Source of the DNA: Ramazzottius varieornatus | Taxonomy: Eukaryota; Animalia; Tardigrada | Reading direction: 5' to 3' | Assembly: GCA_001949185.1 (NCBI GenBank) | Contig: BDGG01000003.1 | Location: 1,772,725 to 1,836,724, forward strand | Length of the DNA stretch: 64,000 nt | Part shown: piece after piece, positions 1-14,100 of the stretch | Layout: each line of letters starts with the position of its first letter | Numbering within the stretch: the first letter of the stretch is position 1 | Translations under genes and position numbers: made by a program | The notes under the pieces: model-generated | Seen by the model: only the letters and a program-made list of their open reading frames with translations | Database searches by the model: none | Told to the model about the DNA's origin: nothing

Positions 1-149
1 CGTTCATTGAGTTCGCGGGAACCTCTGAAACCCCACAGCAACGAACACATAAAATCCGACTGAAAATGTCTGAAAGAATCGCAGAACTAATTTTCGATAA
101 AATTTCTGGTACGTTAGGACGGTTAAGCGGGTTTCACACCAAGGAAATT

Positions 150-1857
150 CTACTTGTACAAATGAGCAAAGCACTGAAGAAGATGATCGTTGTCTTTTTC
201 AAGGTCCTTTGCAACCAGCTGCAGAGAAGAACAGCAACGTATGAGAGATGCTGTGAGAGCTTCGTACATATAACTTAAGATAAATACGGATTGTATGGTC
301 AGAAGAAAAGACAGTCGGGCGCACCTTCTCGTACAGCGTCTTGGGTTTCCTCCTCGATTGTCTAAAGTAAGGCTGAACAGTCTTGTGAAACCGACTAGGC
401 GTGGAGCGAGTAGGACGTTCGGTGAGGTGAGTCTTTTCTGCGCTAGTGGGTTCCGAATCTGCTCGGTTCGGAAAGGCTCCGTCACTCGAAGGTCTTGTAT
501 CGACTGCGAACGTCGATCTCCCTTCTCTGAGCTCGAGTGAATGTACGTCAAGTGCACACGCCGCTAACGGCACTGTTTTCTCTTCGGAAGGTAGTGGTTT
601 CGCTGCCAATAAATTCCAAAGTACAAGCATCCCTAATCAGGCGCCAACTGAAGCGAATGTCAAAACTACACTTACTTGGAATTTCTTCGGGTTCGCCATC
701 AGACTCGCTCTCGTAACAACTGAGTAATGAGGTGAGGCATTTCGTCGAAGGACCAGCCGGAGCAGTTTCTTCGTCCTCTACGAGAAAACACCATTGATCC
801 ATACCGAACGTCGTTGCGCAAAAAGACGAACTTTTGTAAAAAAAAAGTTCGCTGTACGAGTACCTATTTCTCCGTCGCTTAGCTCTCGCGAATCGCCATC
901 AGATCTAACCGCGGGCGGCTTCGAAAGGACAGGAATGTTCGTCGTCTTTACAGCTGCTGGTTTGACTCGAGGATACTTCCTGCAAATCATAGAATACTGT
1001 AAAACGGACTGCTGGGGAGGACTGTCAAAAGGTGCACTTCAGGAAAGCGAACGAACGAAAAGCTCTACGTGCTTACGCGGCTCGTTCTTGCTTCCACTTG
1101 GCAAGGTCTTCCGCTGTCTCGGGCGGCTTTGTCCCAGATGTCAGATGAATCTATGGGAGCTTTGATGAAGCCAATCAACAAGACCGTACAACACGAGCAT
1201 TCAAGGAATCACCAACGAACCAGTTCGAAGTGCTCCTCGATGGTATCGAAGATTCCGATGAAATCGCATCTCGGGCACTGAAAACCAAGAAATAAAATTC
1301 ATCAACTGCACCAAGGCCCAAACAGCCCTATCGTTTCGCATTTCTGATACTCGGTCACACGAAAGCAATTATGCAGCTTACCTTGACATGCTTGGCGATG
1401 TGCTCGTCCAGCTGCGTTTGCGTTCGGAAATCACACTCGCAAACTTCACAATAAAACGCGGGCTGGAAACGCTGATGACTGCCCGCATTCGCGAACTTCT
1501 GACTCTGAAAAACCGAACTTGCAAGTTTTGTTACGGCACCAGTAAAACTTTTGAGAGGGAGTAAAGGCCGACCGGGAACTGTGATGATCCTCCCCTGCCT
1601 CCCCGGAATGGCTGACAACGTCCTCCTCGTCCATAACCTCGACCTCGGCTGTTATACCCGCCGCCGCCTGAGTAATTTGCGTCGCTGTTCCGGAACTGTC
1701 TTCCATCATGCGCCGGATAGGCATGATGAGGATGAGCCACACGTGAGCTATACTGCGACTGGTTAAACTGTTGAGCAAAAGCGGACTGATTTTGTTGCTG
1801 CCCATCCGGCCACAGAGCCGCTCCTCTGGCAGCTATGGCGCTCCCAGACCTGTTCAT
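150..1857 (-). CDS. NUFIP1: NUFIP1-like (box C/D snoRNP assembly factor), multi-exon
   Basis: Spliced minus-strand exons give an RGG-rich N-terminus, zinc fingers CEVCECDFRTQTQLDEHIAKH and CPRCDF, the motif ETAEDLAKWKQERAAKYP, LTSLLSCYESESDGEPEE, and C-terminal KTLYEK|LVAKDLEKDNDHLLQCF. GT-AG phases are consistent. TAG at 150-152; next TAA at 123-125. Confidence 0.8.
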
Positions 1858-2194
1858 AATAAAGCCATTCATCCAACTGCATTCTGACAAACATAAAATG
1901 AAGGCGTACCGGGGGTGATTCCATAAACTTTGATGAGAAGGTCCAGCACCACTGATAGTGGCGCAACTTGTAGTGTTGGGAGTATTCGTACTGCGAAAAG
2001 GATTCCACAAGCCCGATTCCATTGCACGATGTCGTGGCTTTCCTTCAGTCCAGAGCGACAGTTTATCTCAAATGCTCACAGCCCGAAACTTGGAGCGAGT
2101 CTCAGCGAGAAATGGAGACGAAAAAGAGCACATCCTGGAAAAATCAGCTGCGATAAAACGTAAACAAAAGTACGTACAAAACTTGATTGCGAAA

Positions 2195-5100
2195 TACAGG
2201 TGCTAGAAATTGTCAGATTTTGGCGAATTTAGCGAATGAAGGAGCGCATGCCGAGCGCGGTACTAAATACGACATGCACCTACCTACTGCAGCCCGACGC
2301 GCACCAGCACACATAAATTACGTTATGCGGAGGAAGAAACTGCAACCCTCTTTTCTACGCTGACAAGAAACAATCGGGACAAAACAGAACGATACACATT
2401 AACATAACTTTACGAGCTAGCTGACTACAGTTCCGCATTGTTACTTGCGCCGTCAGAAAATCACGAAATATATAATTATTATGGTTTTACACAAGTAACC
2501 GTGTGGAACTGAAGTCTGATAATCGAAAGACAACTTGATGGAAATTTCTTATTTACTGAGCATGATCAAATTTTTTGTATAACAGGGCAGCATTGTACAG
2601 TTCCATATGTTGAAGACTATTATCAAACGTGTCAAAGTCTTTCAAGCGTCTCATATTGAAAGCAAAACTCATCAGAACTGCTATATTATTTTTCTTCATC
2701 TGATATCGCTTTTTTCCAAAGAACGAGTTGATAACACTAAAACATCTCTCAACCTCCACCGAATTAACTGGTGTCCATATATTCTGGAGAGCAATAGCAT
2801 GCAAGACTGGTAGTTCCTTCGAGTGGCTTCTCCAGAACGAATCCAGGTTCTCCGTGTTGATGAACATGACTTCTTCAGCAATCTTCTGGTAGACCCTCCA
2901 CTCATCCATCGGGATTTGACTTATCCCTGTAACGCCCTGCTTTGGAAGGATGGTATCTCGCACGTTGGTCCATTCTCGGTCTCCCATCATTCTCACAGCC
3001 TGGCTGAGCTCAAAAATTCTTACCCCCATCAGGAACTTAGACTCAGGATGTTCCTTCGAGACTTGATCCACTTTGGTTTTCGCTGCAGTGAGCGCAGCAA
3101 CAAGCTGGGTCTTGCTTTCGGTGTACCAAAGTTTCCTTGTCCATCCGTTCGTTCTTCCTTCTGCTGGTGCGTGAGGATCCAGTTCGTTGTCCAACAGGAA
3201 ACCCTCGAAAGTACTGGAGATTCTTGCTGTCGCTTCCAGCACATAAGGGGCGAACGAGAGGCTGTTTTTTCACATTTCGTCAGCTCAGCCTCGAGTCTGT
3301 CACCGATGTGATCGATAGCGCGCAGCTGAAACAGAAGCTTGTACTTTTCGTCCATGTTACTGAACATCTCCCGCAGGTACTGCAGGCACTTGGCGACTTT
3401 ACCCGACACTTTCAACTGTTCGACAAATGCCTCGATTTCGTCGATGTACTTGACCCAGTATCGTATGCTCCTCAAGTAGCTTGACCAGCGCGTCTTGCAG
3501 TAGAACACCGGGGATGTAAAGTGCAAACTTCGAGCCATGACGAAATCTTTGAACTGCTGCTTCCTTTCACCAGAATGACAGAAGAGTTTCTGAACCCGAG
3601 CCAGAAACTTGACCAGCAACGGAAGGTTCTTGATCAGCTCGCCATTGGCGTTGTTCCAAGAGTGGGCCATACAGACGACGAACTTAGCATTTGGAATCTG
3701 TTTCTCGAGATGTTCTTTAAACGCGTTACGGTTCACGCTTGCGCCGTCTCCGATGAAGGCCAGACATTTCCTGCATCCAGACGGTATTCCAGCATCACGC
3801 TCTTCACAGTATCACCCGTCGTTTGTCCAGTCACACTCTTCGGAAATTCCAGTCTGACGAGTTCGCCTTTACCAGACTTCTCCGGTATGAGTAACACAGC
3901 AAAGAAATGTTTTTTAGCAATCGGACTGGAGTCCACTTCGATGGAATACTTCTTGCCTGTAAGAACAACTCAGTTCAGCTTCGGCTATGGTGATTGTAAT
4001 GTCCGATGCTTACCGCGAAACTTTTCCATGATGCGTTTTTTTTTAGCCACTTATATTTCAGGAATACCGACTGTCATTAGCTGCTGCCTTTGAGGTATGG
4101 CAGCGCCACCCTCTACGAATGGCCCCAGGAAATGTCTGAATTTATCGCTAGCAAGGATGTGTATACCGGCGGCAGCAAGACTCCTGAACCAGAGACGACG
4201 AAGCTTGTTGATACGGTTCTTGACTGGCATGTTTTCGGGTCTTTCGTGCAAAAGCATGGCTCGTTTCTAGACGTTGCTCTTGTGGAAGGTTGTCTTCACA
4301 TGCATCCTCATGCTGCTGGTAGAAGCGGTTACGGGCTTGTTGCAGGCTGGACAGATGACCGACTTTATGTTCCAGTCCTTCTGCTTGGTAATGCCAGACG
4401 ACGAAGCATGATAGTGTGGCTTGAGGAGGGTGTGCTGAGAAGTTCGTTTTCCGTGTTTCTTGGTCCTTTGGTGACGCTCAAGATCCGACTCGAATACGGT
4501 CTGCGTCGTCCCGAGGGTGACCACGTTCTTGTTGCATGGATGACATACAACGTGCTGTTCTTTCGGCGAGAAGTCGAAGTGGCGAAACTCAGGCTGCTGC
4601 AGCAGTCCTTCGGGAGACAAGGATGACCGCTTTCTGGTCCGCTTGGTGGACTTCTGGGTGTACGAAGCACAAAACTTGAAATCAGCTTTAATTTCGCTTA
4701 TCAGTCCGAGGAAGAATTTCAAACCTGATCTTGCACCGGCGAAACTGTCTCCGGGCAATTATTCTTCAAATTTGGGGGGAGTTCTATCTGCAACCATGTC
4801 ACATAATTATACTAGTGACTCGTCTCCTCTAACACAAACCGTAAAAACGTTAACGGCTTACAGGTTCTTGGCATCGATGATGTATGTTCTGACCACACTG
4901 TGAGCACTGGATAACGTGGTTTCCGCTCTCATCAATCTTGACAAGGACTGTCATACGATACTCCATTTTCTGTAACACGGGTCAAATATATCAGTTGCTC
5001 TCTGCTATCCAAACTAATCAAGTAATTTTTGATTCTGGCTTTCCCCTTCCTCTGCGCAAAAAAATAAGGCAAAGATACCTCTAAAAACAACAATTTCTTC

Positions 5101-5759
5101 AATCAATAGACCAGTCAGTATATCGATCATTCTACAAACAAAGAAAGCGTTTTAATTATCTTATTAGCCTCAAATTATGTTAAGTCATAACGATCAAGAA
5201 GTGCTGATTCATATTCCATTAATTTGAATTTTGATTAGCTGGATGTACTTTTTTTCTTGTAATTTTTACTTTTTTCTGTTTTTTTGCGCAGACGTTTGCC
5301 CCTTTTTTAAGGTACGGCCGGGGCGCACCATGAAAGGAGAGCGGCCGTACCACTTCGGATGCCCTTGTGGACATTCCTCAGCTATACGCCACTTCCGCGC
5401 ATGGATTGCCCTTTCTGCCGCTCGTCCGCGTGCCCATAACTGGACGAAGTCTAGAAAACTGAGGCATGGCCTGGCAGTCATAATGGCTGACCACAGCCCC
5501 ACGCAACTTAAGGGGGATGCTTCCGTTGTTGATGTGGTGCCTGTGAGACTAAACAACATCAAAATGTTTTTGCATCGCGTTCCGGCTTTTAGAGGCCAGC
5601 TGACACCGTCTATGGGGTATTTTCCCACTTACCCCATGGCAGCCATCTGGCACGTACGTACAGCCAGCTGGCTACGAGTGCAGGCTATGTCGTAGCTGCG
5701 GCCAATCGCTCCGTTATGCTCCGCCCACACTAGTCAACTGAAAATTTCCAGCAACTCTA
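2195..5759 (-). mobile_element. hAT DNA transposon copy 1 (decayed)
   Basis: 17-bp TIRs TACAGGTGCTAGAAATT (2195) and AATTTCCAGCAACTCTA (ends 5759) enclose a hAT transposase. Homologous along its length to 6374-9062 in inverted orientation. No convincing TSD. Confidence 0.8.
2553..4966 (-). pseudogene. hAT transposase pseudogene
   Basis: N-terminal Cys/His fingers (CHPC, CPAC...H...H), D motif VDSSP, DGASVN, CMAH, and hATC dimerisation motif FWRSHSKELPVLHAIA...PVNSVEVERCFS. Stops at ~4267 and ~4051 plus frameshifts relative to copy 2. Confidence 0.85.
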
Positions 5760-6373
5760 GTTGAGCAGTGGGCCGCGGGGGCCCGGCCCGCTGCGAACCT
5801 GAAAACATTCCCCCACCGGCCGGCTTTTTCTTCGCCCCTTCATTACGAGTACCTGGGCTTTCTCTTACTTTAGGGGAAGTTATCGAGCATCCAGGCTCTT
5901 CTGAGAAATAATCGTATAAGGAGAAGGGAAACGCTTCTGTGTAAAGTTTCTGTATTTTGGAGTGATGGTCATACCAAAATCTACCAACAAGCAAGGCAAA
6001 AAAACGCAGAACAGCGTTGCTGTGGACCCATAAATGCAATTGTGGTTTTTTAGCGTTGTATCTCGACTCGTGCGTTCAGTCATGAGCCAATAAATACTGC
6101 ATTTACAGATATGTAGTGATAGTCTGCTTACGAAGTGACAGTTTTCTCTGTTCCGGCCCTTGGGGGCATTTCAGCGTGAGCGCAAAAAATCGGAATCGAG
6201 CGGTAGCAGCACGACCTGCACGGTTGCACCTTCGGCTATAATACGCGGACGTGCGGAAGATGCTGGGACAGAGGCCACTCACGACTCACGAGCCAGAAGG
6301 GCACCATTTTGCTCCAGGCCCAGGGGATTTCAGTTTCATCAGAAAGTGACAGAAATGTTCTGCATCTTTCGAT

Positions 6374-9062
6374 TAGAGTTGCTGAGAATTCTGCATCAGC
6401 TGGTGTGGGGGAGCTTAACCAGGCGATTGACCGCAGCTATGACGTAGACTGCACTCGTAGCCAGCTTGCTGTACATACGTGCCAGCTGGCTACCATGGGG
6501 TAAATGGGAAAATACCCCATAGCCGGTGTCAGCTGGCCTATAAGAGCCGGCACGCGACGCCAGAAAAATCTTGATGTTGGTTAGTCTAATAGGCACCACA
6601 TCACCAACGGAAGCGTCCCCGTAAGTCGTTTGGGGCTCTGGTCAGCCATTATGACTGCCAGGCCATGCCTTAATTCCACTGGAATTCTTTCAGTTATAGG
6701 AATGCGGACGGGTGACAGAAAGGGCAATCCATTCTCGTTTTAGAAGATGGAGTATCTTATGACAGTCCTTGTCACGATAGACGAAGAAGGGAATCATCTT
6801 ATCAGATGTCCACAGAGTGATGAAAATATACACCATCGATGTCGAGAACCTTTAAGCTTTTAATGTAGCCACGGGTCGATGTAGAGAAGGGTAGTATATG
6901 GTGTAATATTATTGCAGACAAACTTAAGCCTAAATCAGAATAGCAGTGGCCTAAGTCATCATAAGTGCAACTTCGGGTAGAGGTTTCTTACTTGTTATGA
7001 ACTGTTAAGCCAGAACTTACGTGATCTCAAGCGCTTTGGTACAATGTAGACTCAAAAATCCACTAAGCCAACCAAGATGCGCCTATCGTTGTCTCCCGAG
7101 CGGCTCCTGAAGGAAGAGATTCACGACTTCGACTTTTCTCCGAGGAAACAGCACGTCGTATGTCATCCCTGTGGCAAGAACGTAATTACGCTCGGGAAAA
7201 AGCACGTCATTTTCGAGTCCGATCTTGAACGTCACCAGGGGACAAAGAAGCGCGGAAAGCGTATGTCTCTGCATACTCGCCCTAAACAACATAATCGTTC
7301 CCGGTGTCATGTCCAAGAAGGACTGGAACGTCAAGTCGGTCATCTGTCCAGCATGCAACAAACCGGTGAGGGCGTGTCCCGATGGAATGAAGAAACACGT
7401 AAAGACAGCTCTTCATAAGAACAACGTCGAGAAACGAACGATGGTCCTGCACGAAAGACCCGAAAACATGCCAGTCAGGACTCGTATTCAGAAGCTTCAG
7501 CGACTGTGGTTCAGGAGTCTTGCTGCGACTGGAGTGCCTATTCTTGCGGGCGGCAAATTCAGACAGTTCCTGAGAACGTTCGTTGAAGGTGGAGCGGCGA
7601 TACGTCAAAGGCTACAACTGATGACCGTCGGTATTCCGGAAATAAAACAAGCGGAAGAGAAACGGATCATGGGCAAGGTTCGTGGTAAGCATCGAGTCAT
7701 AAACTTGCAAATCTTAAAAATGATTCATATTGCATTTTTAGGTAAAACGTTTTCCATCGAGGTTGACTCCAGTCCAGATGCCCAGAGGCACTTCTTCGCT
7801 GTTTTACTGATACCAGAGAACTCGGGCAAGGGCGAGCTGCTCAGACTGGAGTTTCCCAAGAGTGTGACTGGAAAGACTACGGCTGAAACGGTCAAGAGTA
7901 TTATGCTGAAATACGGTCAGGAAGCTGCTGTTGATCACATTGGCGACAACTTAGAAGCTGAACTAACCAAATGCGGAAGCAACAGTATACCTTACGCACC
8001 GTACGTATTAGAAGCTACAGCCATAATTTCCAGCATCGTCGAAGGTCTACGGTTGGACAACGAGTTGGATCCTCGCGCGCCAGCTGAAGCAAGAACGACT
8101 GGATCTATAAGCAAACCTTGGTACACCGAAAGCAGGACTCAGCTCGTTTCTGCGCTCACTGCAGCCAAAGCCAAGGAACATCCAGAATCCGAATTCCTGA
8201 TTGAGGTAAGCATCTTCGAGCCAAGTCAAGCTGTCAGGATGATGGAAGACCGGGAATGTGTCCGTATGCGCAATACCACCCTTGCGAAGTGGGGCGTTGC
8301 AGGAATAAGTCAAGTCCCGATTGCCGAATGGACAGCTTACCAGAAAATCGCTGAGGAAGTGATGTTCATCAACGCGGGAAACCTAGACGCGTTCTGGAAG
8401 AGCCACTCAAAAGATCTTCCAATTTTACATGCCGTCGCTCTTCCGAATATTTGGACACCATTAAATTCGGTTGAGGTTGAGAGATGTTTCAGTGTCATCA
8501 ACTCGTTTTTCGGAAAAACAGGGTTAACATTTGTCTGAAAATTACACTGCGGTTCTTTTGAGTTTTGCTTTCAACATGAGGCGATTGAAAGATTTCGACG
8601 CGTTCGACGAAAGTCTCCAGCATATGGAATTTTATAATAGTGTAAATTAACGGACTTAATGATGTACAGTGAACAAAAAATTTACCGCACTTTGTCATCG
8701 ATTTTGGACTTCAGTTCCACACGGCTACTTCTGTTGTTCCGCTACATGCATTAAACTGCAAACAGACGAACTTAAATCAGTTATGTATTCTCGGAATGTT
8801 CATGCGGCGCAAGTAGCAATGTTGAACTGTAGTGAACAGCTTTGTAAAATGCCTGTCAACGCTTGTCGCTCTATTGATTGACGAGTATTACCTTGTCAGC
8901 ATAGAAAAGACGGTTATGTGTGTGCCGTACACAGGCAATTTATGTACGGTAGTGCGCGGCAGACTGCACTATGTAGGTGCATGTCGTGGTTTGGTACCGC
9001 GCTCGGCACCTGTTTCTTTATTTGCCCGATTCGCCAAAAACTCAGAATTTCCAGCAACTCTA
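6374..9062 (+). mobile_element. hAT DNA transposon copy 2 (internally deleted)
   Basis: TIRs TAGAGTTGCTGAGAATT (6374) and AATTTCCAGCAACTCTA (ends 9062). 8-bp TSD CTTTCGAT (6366-6373) / CTTTTGAT (9063-9070), 7/8 match, as expected for hAT. Confidence 0.88.
6747..8650 (+). pseudogene. hAT transposase pseudogene with in-frame core deletion
   Basis: The 437-aa frame 7225-8538 aligns to copy 1 but jumps from KYGQEA to AVDHIGD (~450 bp missing). Frameshifts occur near both ends. Confidence 0.8.
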
Positions 9063-9200
9063 CTTTTGATTCTTGATTGGCCCAGACTGTAAAATTCCGG
9101 ATTCCTTTCTTCCCAAAGATTCTTCTGCTGTTTCTGCAGTCTCTGATCTTTTGTAGGATCGTTAGCCACTGCAGGAGATCTCCTAGATTCGTCATCAAAG

Positions 9201-9900
9201 ATGGCTACGTTCGCTGTTCGTCGAGCGGCGACATACAGTTTGGTCCCTCTTCTGAAATCCGGCGGCTGCAACTCAACGTCCATCCAAAGTCAACAATGCT
9301 TCATCAAACTCTTTCGACATGGAGAAGCGGATCATAAGCTCAGAAGACTTTTCAGTATATCGGCAGCAGCTCTCCAGAAGACTGACCTGGTGAGTACAGA
9401 AGGAATCGATTATTCTACCAGATGAATTATTTTATCGCTGTTTGTTTCAGGATGCTGATGAACTGCCTTCGTTGAAACACACCGTCTCGCCAAATTCCAG
9501 CAACATCCACGACATTTCTAACTTGGAGCGTGTGGAGAAGTGCGTCAACCAGATCACCTTGCTGGGGCGTATCGGCAGTGATCCTCAGCTGCGCGGCACA
9601 GAAGCTAACCCCGTTCTGCTCTTCTCACTGGCTACCCACGAGAACTTCCGCAGTGACACCGGCACACTCCAGCAAAAGACAATGTGGCATCGTGTGGCCA
9701 TCTTTAAGATCGGCCTACGAGAGACCATTTTCAAATACGCCAGGAAAGGCCAGCGGGTGTACCTGACAGGCACGGTCAGTTACAGTAACGTCAAAGATAC
9801 CGAGACCAGTATTCTTCGGACTGTAACCACCATCATTGCTGATGACATTATCATGCTGGCTGGACCTCTAACACCCGCAGCTCCTAAACCGGTTGTGTAA
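9201..9900 (+). CDS. SSBP1: Mitochondrial single-stranded DNA-binding protein; exons 9201-9389, 9451-9900
   Basis: Presequence-like N-terminus and OB fold: VNQITLLGRIGSDP...FSLAT...TMWHRVAIF...KGQRVYLTGTVSY. Confidence 0.93.
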
Positions 9901-10163
9901 ATCCGCAGCTGATGAAGCTGTTTTCCTACCATGATTCTGTTTTATCCTTTCAACTGATTCTCCAGAAATGCGGAGAGTTTTGTTATTTGTGTTGCTGGTG
10001 GCGGAGACAGTTCGCGCATCTTCCACAGCCCTTTGTAATCTCTTATCATGTCGGCTGAGAATGAGACACGGTGTGTTTTATTCGCATAGTCACACGGAGG
10101 GAAACACAGCACTAAAACACTAATGAAGGCCAGTCCAAAACTCACGAGGTTACGAAGGAGCCT

Positions 10164-10671
10164 CTACATTTTGTCATGTCTCGATTGTGGCGAGCCAATC
10201 GTCACGTCTTCGCCAGTGTAATTCAGTACATGCTTTCGATCGACATAGTCGGGGAAAGCTTCGTTAATCTTCTCCATGTCTTTGACGAAATCTATCCGGT
10301 GATTATCACCGATGATTCGTTCGCCGGAGATGGGATCGCGCATTTGTCCAGCACGAATAACCACTTCGGAGACTTCATGCAGCAAGTCCAGTCGCTCAGG
10401 CTTTTCCTTCTCCCTTATTAGCACGTAGTCATTCACTTTGGTCCTGTGAGGTCCGTCGTCCACTCTATACTCATTATATCTCGCAAAATACTGCAAAAGA
10501 AGCATAGAACGTAGACTTTCAGTGAACATTCAACATCCCAACATCAGCTGGAACACTCACCATACTAATAAACCTGTCCAGCTCATTCGTCTGGACTTCC
10601 ACGAGCGAAACCTTCGGCGCTAGTTTCTCTACTACCTTCCCAATCACCATAAATTTCCGAACAGTCGACAT
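10164..10671 (-). CDS. MRPS17: Mitochondrial ribosomal protein S17; exons 10671-10561, 10490-10164
   Basis: VIGKVV...VEVQTNELDRFISM|YF...KVNDYVLIRE...HEVSEVVIRAGQMRDPISG matches the uS17m pattern. Confidence 0.85.
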
Positions 10672-11129
10672 CTTTAGCAACGAAATACCAGGAGCAGGAA
10701 GGAGCGATGAAGGCAGGAAATTCAAGATACAAAACTTTCGAGAGAAAGCATTTCCGTCTGCGCATTAAATCAGCAATCAACCTACCAGCACGAATCACAG
10801 TTGTTCACCAAAACAATCAAACCGACGAGCGTTCCATTACCTCGCTCACTGCGGATTGCGTAGAGACAAAGCCGAAACGGTGGCGTTGGCCACGTGCCTA
10901 GTTATATATGAAAACGGAACGAAAAGTCAGCTGGTTTGTACTGCTGATCGAGAACGTGTACACATGGGCGGAGTTTGACGGACCGTATGTTGTTGTTTGC
11001 TTGTTTGATGCTTTCTCGATGACTTGAAAAATCTTCCCAGCTGTTTCATCTTTCCTCAACGTGGTCCCGTCTTTCTCCTAGCAATTCGCTTCCTCACGGA
11101 ATTCATCCAGTGTTTTACTAGTTGGGAAA

Positions 11130-12551
<1,422 letters not shown>

Positions 12552-14100
12552 AACCTCTTTTCCATTTTGGGTCTCCATTCGAACCATTTCTATCCACACA
12601 ATCTTCACGAATGCCTAGAGCATTTTATCTTGCTGTCTATCATCGGATTAGTTCGGACTACTGTAGTACCCGTGGGTTTGACTTTGCTAAGTACGGAAGC
12701 TGGGGTGCAAGTTCGAATCTTATTTCGTGGGCTTTTATCTGCTGAGGGACTTTACGTAACCTATTCTGTTTTGACATCTTTCCCACTTTGTATCTTCACA
12801 TTCGACCAGCTTACTGTTCTTGGAACCTTTTTTAAACGTGTTGTTCCCTTTTTTATTACATATACTGGAATTTTGGTGATCGGTGCACGATATGTTTGTC
12901 CTCTAGCCCTTCTTTAGCTGTGTACCTTGTCCTGAGTTCGCTTCGATTACCAACAACAGAATTCACAATTATGGAACTACTAATTCTTCGGAAACCGGGT
13001 TTCAACTTGAAGTCCAAGCTGCTACATTCCATCAGTCAGAACTCCTTGGAAGCTTCCGTTTGGGTGGATCGATGAATCTGGCTACCAGCCTGACGTTCTT
13101 GGTGAATGCGGAGGATTCAAATCTGGAGCCTCAAAAGTCCGTCCAGTTTCTGAAACACTTTTGTCTTGCTGAAACAGATTGCAGTTCGAATAAAAACGGT
13201 TCTCGCTTACGGTAGACAATCTTCATACTCGCTACTGACAGATGTTCCATGTCCGCACGAGCCTGTGCTTGCCTGGAGGTCTTGCTTTTCTTGGACTTGC
13301 GGCTGGGAATGAGCGATTCCAACGCAACGTAACTTGTTGAAGTCCTATGCCCATATGATGTACCCGAAAACATTATAGAAATCGGGCAGGAGCATCTGAA
13401 ATGCAGCAGAGAGCGTCGCGTCTCAGCTATAGGTAGATAATGATACAATTACAGTACATACTATCCCTTATCGAGAACGCGGAAGTCTTACTGTCCAGTG
13501 TTTCACGAACTCCCTAATTATCCCTTCGACGATCTAGACACTCAGTAAATCAATAGAGAAAAGTTATCCTGCCAAACAACAGTCAGCCTCTGAAACGTTC
13601 AGGAGCGCCTGGCGCCAGCAATATGGAACTTTGAGCGATGAGGTCGAGCTCCGGGCAGAAGATATCGATGACAATCATGACCTCATTCTGGACGGAAGCA
13701 CGTAGCGCCACCTGCCGACGACCAGCTGTGTCAGGACCTGTATGGGTGGATTCAAGAGTCCCATTGGCTCGTAGCACAGAGGCGCAAAAGTCCGCCCAAA
13801 AATATGACGTCATCACACTTGTGTCACAGAACTGAATGACTTGGGCATCACTCTGACTTGGGCTTTCGATTTGCCGCGCGCGCAGCTTAGTTCGAATGGC
13901 AGCAGACTGTAGTCGCACCAGAAAATCAACAATCCATAACGCGGTGTCTGGTAGTTTCTATAAAGCTTCGTCAGCGACAGCGTTGAACAGCTAGCAGCTG
14001 TGGAGGCTTGTGTACCGTGCTGCATTTCGAAAGCGATCGGCGAAAATTGCTTGGCTGCACTTTGATCGGGAATCTCTTTTGTTGAAATTATTGTTCCAGA

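Noticed and set aside
5311-5351. GC-rich hairpin GGTACGGCCG...CGGCCGTACC as terminator or Helitron end
   Set aside because: Single copy in a eukaryotic context with no CTRR terminus; cannot assign a function.
2187-5767. 8-bp TSD for hAT copy 1
   Set aside because: Flanks TTGCGAAA and GTTGAGCA do not match convincingly.
13020-13918. Possible small minus-strand gene between RAB2 and RBL
   Set aside because: No recognisable motif and no consistent exon chain.
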